A DNA stretch of 64,000 nucleotides from Candidatus Latescibacterota bacterium (GTDB taxonomy: Bacteria > Latescibacterota > UBA2968 > GCA-2709665). The position numbers were made by a program, and so were the translations under genes. The DNA lies in contig OZ242180.1 in assembly GCA_965205485.1 (NCBI GenBank), forward strand, positions 3,520,001-3,584,000. The letters run 5' to 3'. The notes under the pieces were generated by a model that was not told where the DNA came from, made no database searches, and saw only the letters and a program-made list of their open reading frames with translations. Numbering within the stretch: position 1 is the stretch's first letter; each line of letters starts with the position of its first letter. Of the stretch, positions 56,573 to 64,000 are shown in pieces.

Positions 56573-57919
56573 ATGAACGAAGAATATAACGGGCGTCATC
56601 GTCCGCCGCAGGCCAGCGGCACGTTTACGCCCGCCGTCATCGAAGACATCCAGGTCAAGGCGGAGCTGGGGCGGTACCGGATACGCGGGTTCGGCACGCT
56701 TCGCGAACGGCGGTGGCCGACGTTCGACGACCTGACCTTCATTCCCTGTACGCTCACGCGCATTCCGCTGGAAGGATACAGGGAGCGCTGCTCGGCGGAA
56801 ACGGTTCTGGGCGATCGCTTTGCCGAAAAGCCCATCGTGCTGGATACGCCCATCATGATCACCGGCATGAGTTGGGGCGCGCTGTCGTACAACGCCAAGG
56901 TGGCGCTCGCCCGGGGCGCCAATATGGTCGGATCCTCCAATACGACCGGCGACGGTGGGATGTTGAAGGCCGAGCGGGAAGAAAGCAAGGTGCTGGTCTA
57001 CGAGGTCCTGCCTTCGCGATACGGTATCAACGTGCACGACCTCCGGGTTGCCGACGGGATCGAACTCACCATCGGACAGGGGGCGAAGCCGGGCACGGGG
57101 GGACTGCTGCTGGGCGCCAAGGTGCTGGGCGACGTCGCGTCGCAGCGGGACCTGCCCATCGGCGTGGACCAGCGAAGTCCGGCGCGGCACCCTGATTTCC
57201 TGGGTCCGGACGACATGATCATCAAGATCGAGGAATTGCGCGAGGCCACGGACTGGCAGGTCCCCATCTTCGTGAAGATGGGCGCCACCCGCGTTTTCGA
57301 CGACGTACGCCTGGCGGCAAAGGCGGGCGCCGACGTGGTTGTGGTCGACGGCATGGAGGGCGGCACCGGGGCGTCCGCGGAAATCTGCCAGGAGCATACG
57401 GGCATTCCCACGCTCGCGGCTGTGGGAGAAGCGAGGGCGGCGCTAGAGGACATCGGCATGTACGGAAAGGTACAGCTGATCATCGCGGGCGGGATCCGGA
57501 ATGGCGTCGACGCCGCCAAGGCCATGGCGCTGGGCGCCGATGCCGTGTACATCGGCACGGCGGCGCTGATGGCATTGAACTGCAACCGGCCCCTTTTCGT
57601 GGACGACTACAGGGCGCTCGGCGCGGAGCCTTATCATTGCCATCACTGCCACACCGGTCGCTGTCCGGTGGGCATTACCACGCAGGATCCCGAGCTGATG
57701 TCCCGCCTCGACGTTGACGAAGCGGCTGAGCGGGTGGCCAACTTGCTCCAGGCCATGACGTCCGAAATCCAGATCCTCGCGCGCGCATGCGGCAAGGCGG
57801 ACGTGCACGATCTGGAGCCGGAAGACATGCGCGCGCTGACATCCGAAGCGTCCATGATCTGCGATCTTCCGCTGGTTGGGACGAATCGCGTCGTGGGGGG
57901 CGGGCCCGGCTGGCGTTAG
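56573..57919 (+). CDS. mgsC: N-methylglutamate synthase subunit C (FMN-binding glutamate synthase domain)
   Basis: R-x-PLEGYRERC, GMSWGALS, TTGDGG, GQGAKPG, RHPD, DGMEGGTGA, CHHCHTGRCPVG. Confidence 0.9.
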   Translation: MNEEYNGRHRPPQASGTFTPAVIEDIQVKAELGRYRIRGFGTLRERRWPTFDDLTFIPCTLTRIPLEGYRERCSAETVLGDRFAEKPIVLDTPIMITGMSWGALSYNAKVALARGANMVGSSNTTGDGGMLKAEREESKVLVYEVLPSRYGINVHDLRVADGIELTIGQGAKPGTGGLLLGAKVLGDVASQRDLPIGVDQRSPARHPDFLGPDDMIIKIEELREATDWQVPIFVKMGATRVFDDVRLAAKAGADVVVVDGMEGGTGASAEICQEHTGIPTLAAVGEARAALEDIGMYGKVQLIIAGGIRNGVDAAKAMALGADAVYIGTAALMALNCNRPLFVDDYRALGAEPYHCHHCHTGRCPVGITTQDPELMSRLDVDEAAERVANLLQAMTSEIQILARACGKADVHDLEPEDMRALTSEASMICDLPLVGTNRVVGGGPGWR

Positions 57920-57961
57920 TCAGCGCTTCGGGCGCAGAACGGGAAAATCGGGGACTGTCAG

Positions 57962-59200
57962 GTGTCGTTCAAGCTGATTCGACAGGCGCTGAACGGAAAC
58001 GGTCTGTTGCCCAGGATGTGGTGGACCCATCCAGTCAGGGACCGTTACGACGTGGTAATCGTGGGCGGGGGCGCGCATGGTCTGGCCTGTGCCTACTATC
58101 TTGCGGCGGAACACGGCATTACGAACGTTGCCGTTATCGAAAGAGGGTATATCGGTTCCGGAGGAAGCGGTCGGAATACCGCCATCATCCGCAGCAACTA
58201 TCTGACGCCTGAAGGGGTGCGTTTCTACGACGAAAGCGTGCGGCTGTACGAGCAGATGGCGACGGAGCTGGATTTCAACGTTATGTTCAGCCAGCGCGGC
58301 CACCTCACGCTGGCGCATACCGACGGCGCCGTGCGCACCATGCGAAGGCGGGCGGAGGTGAACAAGCTGCAGGGTGTAGTGTCGGAACTGATATGGCCCG
58401 ACGAAATCGAGAGGCTCTGTCCGGGCATCGACGTCAGCGACCATCCCCGCTACCCGATTCTGGCCGCGCTGTACCATCCCCCGGGGGGCATCGTCCGTCA
58501 CGACGCCGTCGTCTGGGGCTATGCCCACCAGGCAGACCGCCGGGGCGTGCACATTCATCAACAGACCGCGGTGACAGGGATCGACGTGCGCGGTGAGAGC
58601 GTCGTGGGCGTAAAGACGTCCGGCGGTTACATCCGGACCGGCACGGTGTTGAACGCGACGGCGGGGTGGGGGTCGACCATCGCCGATATGGCGGGCGTAC
58701 GCCTGCCCCTGACCACTTTTCCGCTGCAGGCCTGCGTTACCGAACCGCTGAAGCCGTTTCTCGACGTCGTCATCGTGTCGGGCAGCCTTCACGTGTACGT
58801 GAGCCAGTCGGACCGCGGCGAACTCGTGATGGGCGCAAGCGTGGACCCATATACGTCCTATTCGATGGATTCTTCGCTGGCGTTCATGGAAAGCATCGCC
58901 GGACACATGCTTGAGTTGTTTCCGTTTCTGAGCAAGGTGCGCGTTCTGCGTCAGTGGGCGGGGCTCTGCGATATGACTCCGGACTACAGTCCCATCATGG
59001 GCTTTACACCCGTACGGGGTTTTCTTGTGGACGTGGGTTGGGGCACGTACGGCTTCAAGGCGTCCCCGATCTGCGGGCGGACCATGGCGGAACTGATCGC
59101 CGGCGACCGCACGCCGGACCTGATTCACCCGTTCCGGCTGTCCCGGTTCGAGGAATTCGACCTGGTTGGCGAAAAAGGCGCGGCGTCTGTGGGTCACTGA
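57962..59200 (+). CDS. mgdA: N-methylglutamate dehydrogenase / sarcosine oxidase beta subunit (SoxB-like)
   Basis: GGGAHG, GRNTAIIRSNY, RHDAVVWGY, GWGTYGFKASP, GAASVGH. Confidence 0.85.
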   Translation: MSFKLIRQALNGNGLLPRMWWTHPVRDRYDVVIVGGGAHGLACAYYLAAEHGITNVAVIERGYIGSGGSGRNTAIIRSNYLTPEGVRFYDESVRLYEQMATELDFNVMFSQRGHLTLAHTDGAVRTMRRRAEVNKLQGVVSELIWPDEIERLCPGIDVSDHPRYPILAALYHPPGGIVRHDAVVWGYAHQADRRGVHIHQQTAVTGIDVRGESVVGVKTSGGYIRTGTVLNATAGWGSTIADMAGVRLPLTTFPLQACVTEPLKPFLDVVIVSGSLHVYVSQSDRGELVMGASVDPYTSYSMDSSLAFMESIAGHMLELFPFLSKVRVLRQWAGLCDMTPDYSPIMGFTPVRGFLVDVGWGTYGFKASPICGRTMAELIAGDRTPDLIHPFRLSRFEEFDLVGEKGAASVGH

Positions 59201-59253
59201 CCGCCGGGTCACCGGAACGGCCAGCTGGCGCGGACCTCGAATCTGAGTGTCTC

Positions 59254-59541
59254 ATGTTGATTCTATCCTGCCCGAATTGCGGCGAACGAAATGTTAGCGA
59301 GTTCCGTTTCGGGGGTGAATACAATCCCCGGCCGGCGAACCCCGATGCGTGCGACGACGCGGAGTTGGCCGCATATCTCTATCTGTGCGACAACAAACTC
59401 GGTGTGGAGACGGCGTGGTGGTATCACCAGGCGGGGTGCGGCCTCTGGTTCCTGGCCCAGCGGCATACGAAGACGCAGGAGGTCCTGAAGACGTACGCGT
59501 GGCAGGCGGACGCGGTCGGGGAGAGCCGGGATGACGACTGA
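59254..59541 (+). CDS. mgdB: Delta subunit (SoxD-like, Zn-binding)
   Basis: CPNCGERNVSEF-x-FGG...W-x-H-x-x-GC-x-x-WF. Confidence 0.85.
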   Translation: MLILSCPNCGERNVSEFRFGGEYNPRPANPDACDDAELAAYLYLCDNKLGVETAWWYHQAGCGLWFLAQRHTKTQEVLKTYAWQADAVGESRDDD

Positions 59542-62455
59542 ATCGATCCAGCGGGCGGTTTCGGGTACGGATTCGGAGAGGCTGCCGCCGCAATCCGGCG
59601 AGGTCATCGATCGCGGTGCCGGGGTCGCGTTTACTTTCGATGGACGGCACTACGCCGGATACGAGGGAGATACGATTGCATCGGCCCTGGCCGCCTCAGG
59701 GGTACAGGTGTTCAGCCGGTCGTTCAAGTATCACCGGCCCAGAGGGTTGCTTTGCTGCGCGGGCCAATGTCCCAACTGTCTGGTCCAGATCGGCGACGAA
59801 CCGAACGTCCGCGCCTGTACGCGCCGCTTGGAGGCGGGCATGGCCGTACGGTCGCAGAACGCGCTGCCGTCGCTGGACCGCGATTTTCTTTCACTGACGC
59901 AGCTGGCCGCGCCGTTGATGCCGGTGGGCTTCTACTACAAGACCTTCATCCGGCCCACCGCACTCTGGCCTTCCTACGAACACGTACTCCGCCGCGCGGC
60001 GGGCCTGGGGAAAGTGGACCTTTCGTCGCGGCCCGGCGCATACGACAAGCAGTACCTGCATGCCGACGTGGTGGTGGTCGGCGGCGGACCGTCCGGAGTC
60101 GGCGCGGCCGTCGCGGCGGCGGAACAGGGCGCAAGCGTCGCGCTTTTCGAAGTCGAACCGTCTCTGGGCGGGCGCCTGCGCTTCCCGCCTTCCCAGGCCG
60201 ACCGGCTGGAGGCGTTGCTGGCGTCTGTCGCGAACCGGTCGGACGTCGCGGTTTACACGGATACGGCCGTCCTGGGATGGTACCAGGACAACTGGCTGGC
60301 GGCGGCGAAGGGTTCGCGGCTGTTCAAAATTCGCGCTAAATCCGTAGTTTTTGCAACCGGGGCCATAGAGGTTCCGCTGCTGTTCGACAATAACGACCTG
60401 CCCGGGGTGATGCTGGGCAGCGCCTCCCGCCGCCTCGTCCATCTCTACGGTGTGAAGCCGGGCACAAAAGCGCTGGTGGTAACGGCGAACGACGATGGAT
60501 GGGACGTGGCCGCGGATCTGGCGGAGGCGGACATCGAAATCGCCGCGGTCGTGGACGAACGGCGCTCGTGCTCGAGTACGACCGCCGGCGAGTTGATTTC
60601 CCGTGGCGTGCCTGCGTTTTTCCGGCATACGATTCTGGAAGCCGTCGGATCGAAACGCGTTCAGGCCGCCAGGGTCGCCCGGATCGATCCGTTGGGAGAG
60701 GCGGATCGGTCCGCGGCGCGAAAAGTGGCGTGCGACCTGATTGTCGTCAGCGTGGGATGGACGCCGGACCTGGCCCTGTTCCACATGGCAGGCGGCGAAT
60801 CGGTCTACGACGCGCAACGGTCGGAACCGCGTCCGACAAATGCGCCGGAAGGCGTATTCGTGGCCGGCCGCGCCGCGGGGGCCAACACGGCCGCATGCGC
60901 CCTGGACGAGGGGCGGATCGCCGGACGAAGCGCCGCGGCCTCCTTGGGCTTCGGGGACGCACCCAACGCGTCCGAAATGTCCGAGCTTCTGGACAGGAAG
61001 GCCGCCGAGCCGGTGCGTACGTCGTCCCGTACCATGGTGCCTGGACGGAAAAAGAGGTTTCTGTGTTACTGCGAAGACGTCACCGACGTGGATCTGCAGA
61101 CCGCAATCGTCGAGGGGTACGACAGTATCGAACTGTTGAAGCGGTACAGCACAATCTCCATGGGTCCCTGCCAGGGCAGGATGTGCTCCATGAACGCCGT
61201 GCATCTCTGCGCCCGCGCGAATGGAAAGCAGGTCCGGGAAACGGGCAGGACAACGTCACGCCCTCCGGTGGAGCCGGTAACGCTGGGCGCATTGGCAGGT
61301 CAGAACATGGAGCCCGTGCAGGTGAGTCCCGCGCACCAGTGGCACGTGGAACAGGGCGCCAGGATGATGGTGGCGGGGCACTGGATGCGACCCGAGGACT
61401 ACGGCGACCCCATTGCCGAGGTGAAGGCGGTCCGTGAACGGGTCGGGCTGATGGACGTCAGCACGCTGGGCAAGATCCAGCTGACCGGCCCGGGAGTGCC
61501 GGTATTGCTCGATCGGCTGTACGTCAACCAGTGGCGGAAGCTGGGTGTGGGCCGCGTACGGTACGGCGTGATGTGCAACGACGAAGGGGTGGTGATGGAC
61601 GACGGGGTGTGCGCCCGCATTCAGGAAAACGAGTGGTATATGAGTACCACCTCCACCGGGGCGACGGCGGTGTTCGAATGGATTCAATGGTGGGTGCAGT
61701 CGGGATGGGGCGACGGCGTACACGTTGTCAACCTCACCGATTCCTACGCTGCGTTCAACCTGGCGGGTCCCAGCTCGAGAGACGTGCTGCGGAAGCTCAC
61801 GGACCGCGACCTGAGCAACGGGAAGTTTCCCTATATGCGGGTGCGGTCGACCCGCGTCGCCGGGGTGTTGTGCCGCGTCCTCCGAATCGGGTTTACGGGG
61901 GAGCTTTCCTACGAAATCCACTGCCCGTCGTCATTCGGCCTGCACGTGTGGCAGGCGCTGATGGCGGCCGGTGAGGAATTCGGCATCGGACCGTTCGGGG
62001 TGGAGGCGCAGCGTGTGCTCCGGCTGGAGAAGGCGCATATCATCGTCGGCCAGGATACCGACGCGCTGACCGATCCCTTCTCCGCGAACATGGAATGGGC
62101 CGTGAAAATGAACAAACGGGATTTTCTGGGCAAGCCCATGTTGACCCGGATCTCGGAACGCGGGACCCGCCAGCGGCTCGTGGGATTCAAAATGGCGCGG
62201 CCGGGGATCGTGCCCGAAGAAGGTCTGCAGGCGGTGCATTCGGACCCTAGCGGAAAACAGGAGATCATCGGCTGGTTGACCTCCTCCCGGTTCAGTCCGG
62301 CGCTCGGAGAGACCGTCGGACTCTGTTGGCTGCCCGCGCACGTGGCGGCGGAAGCAGGAACGCGGTTTCAGATTCGCCGGGACGGCGAACTCGAAGACGC
62401 CTATGTTCACCACGGGCCGTTCTACGACCCCTCCGGAGAAAGGTTGCAGATGTGA
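59531..62455 (+). CDS. mgdC: Alpha subunit (SoxA-like; Fe-S, NAD/FAD and GcvT folate-binding domains)
   Basis: GDTIASAL...SRSFKYHRPRG, GFYYKTF, GGGPSG, DVSTLGK, GFTGELSYE, LRLEK, FYDPSG. Confidence 0.88.
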   Translation: MTTESIQRAVSGTDSERLPPQSGEVIDRGAGVAFTFDGRHYAGYEGDTIASALAASGVQVFSRSFKYHRPRGLLCCAGQCPNCLVQIGDEPNVRACTRRLEAGMAVRSQNALPSLDRDFLSLTQLAAPLMPVGFYYKTFIRPTALWPSYEHVLRRAAGLGKVDLSSRPGAYDKQYLHADVVVVGGGPSGVGAAVAAAEQGASVALFEVEPSLGGRLRFPPSQADRLEALLASVANRSDVAVYTDTAVLGWYQDNWLAAAKGSRLFKIRAKSVVFATGAIEVPLLFDNNDLPGVMLGSASRRLVHLYGVKPGTKALVVTANDDGWDVAADLAEADIEIAAVVDERRSCSSTTAGELISRGVPAFFRHTILEAVGSKRVQAARVARIDPLGEADRSAARKVACDLIVVSVGWTPDLALFHMAGGESVYDAQRSEPRPTNAPEGVFVAGRAAGANTAACALDEGRIAGRSAAASLGFGDAPNASEMSELLDRKAAEPVRTSSRTMVPGRKKRFLCYCEDVTDVDLQTAIVEGYDSIELLKRYSTISMGPCQGRMCSMNAVHLCARANGKQVRETGRTTSRPPVEPVTLGALAGQNMEPVQVSPAHQWHVEQGARMMVAGHWMRPEDYGDPIAEVKAVRERVGLMDVSTLGKIQLTGPGVPVLLDRLYVNQWRKLGVGRVRYGVMCNDEGVVMDDGVCARIQENEWYMSTTSTGATAVFEWIQWWVQSGWGDGVHVVNLTDSYAAFNLAGPSSRDVLRKLTDRDLSNGKFPYMRVRSTRVAGVLCRVLRIGFTGELSYEIHCPSSFGLHVWQALMAAGEEFGIGPFGVEAQRVLRLEKAHIIVGQDTDALTDPFSANMEWAVKMNKRDFLGKPMLTRISERGTRQRLVGFKMARPGIVPEEGLQAVHSDPSGKQEIIGWLTSSRFSPALGETVGLCWLPAHVAAEAGTRFQIRRDGELEDAYVHHGPFYDPSGERLQM

Positions 62456-63132
62456 GTACGTGGGCGGCGCCGGTGAAACTGTCGCCACTTCACGAGACGG
62501 CGCGGGACCTCGGGGCGCAATTCGCGGAATCTTCCGGATGGCGGATTCCGGAGGCGTATTCCGCGCCGGATGCGGAGATTTCAGCCGCCGGACGCGGCGT
62601 GGCGCTGGCCGACGAGACGGCGAACGGAAAGCTTCGGGTTGAAGGCCGGGACGCGGAAACCGTCTGGGCGTTACCGGACGTGGAAATCGGCGCCGGGGTT
62701 GCGGTCGATTCCGAATGGGTTTACCGGCTTCGCGGAGACTGTTTCTTTGTAAGTACGTCCCCGGGCCGGGATATCGCGGTCCGCAGGACGCTCGTGGACC
62801 GGGCTTCGGGCAGGTTCGTTACTGTAACGAATCTGACCCACGCGTGGTCCGAAATCCGCGTTTTGGGGCCATCCGCGCCGTCCCTGATGAGCAGGGTGTG
62901 CGGGCTGGACTTCACCGCCGCCGCATTTCCGGACGGCGCCGCGAAGCAGACCAGCGTCGCCAGGACGACGCAACTGGTCATTCGAAGGGATGCCGCTGAA
63001 TTGCCGGCCTTTTCGGTCCTCGGGGCGCGGTCTCTGGCTGCGTATCTTTGGGAGATCCTTATGGAAGCTGGAGCCGATCTGCAGATTGCGCCGGTCGGCC
63101 TGGACGCCATCCGGGCCCTGGAGTCACGGTAG
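62452..63132 (+). CDS. mgdD: Gamma subunit (SoxG/GcvT-like)
   Basis: SPLH...GWRIPEAY, VTNLTH, C-x-LDF, QTSVAR, RSLAAYLW; GTGA overlap with the alpha-subunit stop. Confidence 0.8.
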   Translation: MSTWAAPVKLSPLHETARDLGAQFAESSGWRIPEAYSAPDAEISAAGRGVALADETANGKLRVEGRDAETVWALPDVEIGAGVAVDSEWVYRLRGDCFFVSTSPGRDIAVRRTLVDRASGRFVTVTNLTHAWSEIRVLGPSAPSLMSRVCGLDFTAAAFPDGAAKQTSVARTTQLVIRRDAAELPAFSVLGARSLAAYLWEILMEAGADLQIAPVGLDAIRALESR

Positions 63133-63164
63133 ACAAACTCATTTGCGGAGAGGAAGGGTCGTCT

Positions 63165-64000
63165 ATGTCGAATCAGGCTGCAACGGATCTGGAAGCCTAC
63201 GTCAGGGCCGACGGCCGGGACGAGCAGGTGCGCCAGGTGCGCGAGAAGATCGACGCGCTTGGAATCACCTATATCTACTACCAGTTTATTTCGGTGACGG
63301 GCCGGGTGGTGGGCAAGGGCATTCCGGCGGACCACTGGGAACGGACCGCGGAACGCGGATTCCAGCTTGTGTACGGGGCGACCGCTAACCTGTTCATGGA
63401 CCGGTACGACAACTACATCGGTTACGGACCCGAGGCGTCGGAACTCGTGGGGATTCCCGATCCGGAGACCTTCGTTCAGCTGCCGTGGGACAAACGGCTG
63501 GCGAGGGTCTTCTGTACGCTATTCCGCAACCGGGACGAGCTGGAAAATCCCGGCGGGGTCCTCACGGCGGACTGCAGGGGCAATCTCAGGCGCATCCACG
63601 CGCAGTTCATGGAGGACCACGACGGAATGCACATGCGCCACGGCGCCGAACCGGAGATGATGTGGCTGCAGAAGGGCCCCGACGGCAAGCCCGCGGACGG
63701 TTTCAGCAAACCCTACTGCTATCACATCGATCAGTTCGAGTCCCTGCGGCCGGTGGTCATGAAGGTGATCGAATACGGTCGCGCGATGGGCCTGGACATG
63801 ATCCAGGGCGACCACGAGGACGCGCCGGGTCAGCTGGAGTTGAACTTTACGTTCGACGACGCGCTCGCCACCTGCGACCGGCTCACCACGTACCGGCAGA
63901 TATGCGCCCAGGTCGCCCGGGAGCACGATCTGATCGCGTGTTTCATGTGCAAGCCCTTCATGGGCGTTTCGGCATCGGGTTGCCACCACAATCTTTCGCT
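63165..64000 (+). CDS. Glutamine synthetase-family gamma-glutamyl-amide ligase (putative GmaS function), 3' end outside window
   Basis: Not in the ORF track because it runs off the end; MSNQAATDLEAY...PDPET..QLPW...GAEPEMMW...DHEDAPGQLE...FMCKPF..SGCHHNLS. Confidence 0.85.
   Translation, partial: MSNQAATDLEAYVRADGRDEQVRQVREKIDALGITYIYYQFISVTGRVVGKGIPADHWERTAERGFQLVYGATANLFMDRYDNYIGYGPEASELVGIPDPETFVQLPWDKRLARVFCTLFRNRDELENPGGVLTADCRGNLRRIHAQFMEDHDGMHMRHGAEPEMMWLQKGPDGKPADGFSKPYCYHIDQFESLRPVVMKVIEYGRAMGLDMIQGDHEDAPGQLELNFTFDDALATCDRLTTYRQICAQVAREHDLIACFMCKPFMGVSASGCHHNLS

Noticed and set aside
57920..61204. Long minus-strand ORFs (430 and 437 aa)
   Set aside because: Antisense shadows of mgdA and mgdC
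1..64000. tRNA, rRNA, selenocysteine recoding, prophage or autonomous transposase
   Set aside because: None seen by eye; a covariance-model scan would be needed to exclude small RNAs

Overview
Bacterial chromosomal DNA, about 60% GC by eye, with no rRNA, tRNA or CRISPR array that I can see. The gene content (three PhyH dioxygenases, a sulfatase and its maturase, an enolase-superfamily enzyme, Opa-like beta-barrels, many toxin-antitoxin (TA) genes) suggests a heterotrophic diderm, possibly a Latescibacterota/Gemmatimonadota-like or sponge-associated lineage; this is inference only. Positions 1-32 kb are an almost entirely plus-strand run of small accessory genes (GNATs, NUDIX, methyltransferases, His-phosphatases, kinases, TA modules), plus a sigma54-type MacB-like permease, a repeat-expanded zinc-ribbon protein, a double-SBP MltF and a low-GC islet (about 14.3-16.95 kb). 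Positions 32-44 kb are mostly minus-strand: a frameshifted PhyH, a SorA-like Mo enzyme, two outer-membrane barrels, a sulfatase, GH172, a truncated YhcG and MNT-HEPN. Positions 44-49 kb hold two tandem membrane-anchored Zn-knuckle paralogs followed by an EndoQ-UvrD fusion. Positions 54.7-64 kb are an N-methylglutamate (methylamine) pathway cluster, mgsABC-mgdABCD, ending in an atypical glutamine-synthetase-family ligase that runs off the window. Intergenic DNA carries at least eight families of dispersed, often nested, palindromic or MITE-like repeats. Three genes carry single-base frameshifts (decay or assembly error). All family calls come from motif recognition, not database searches.
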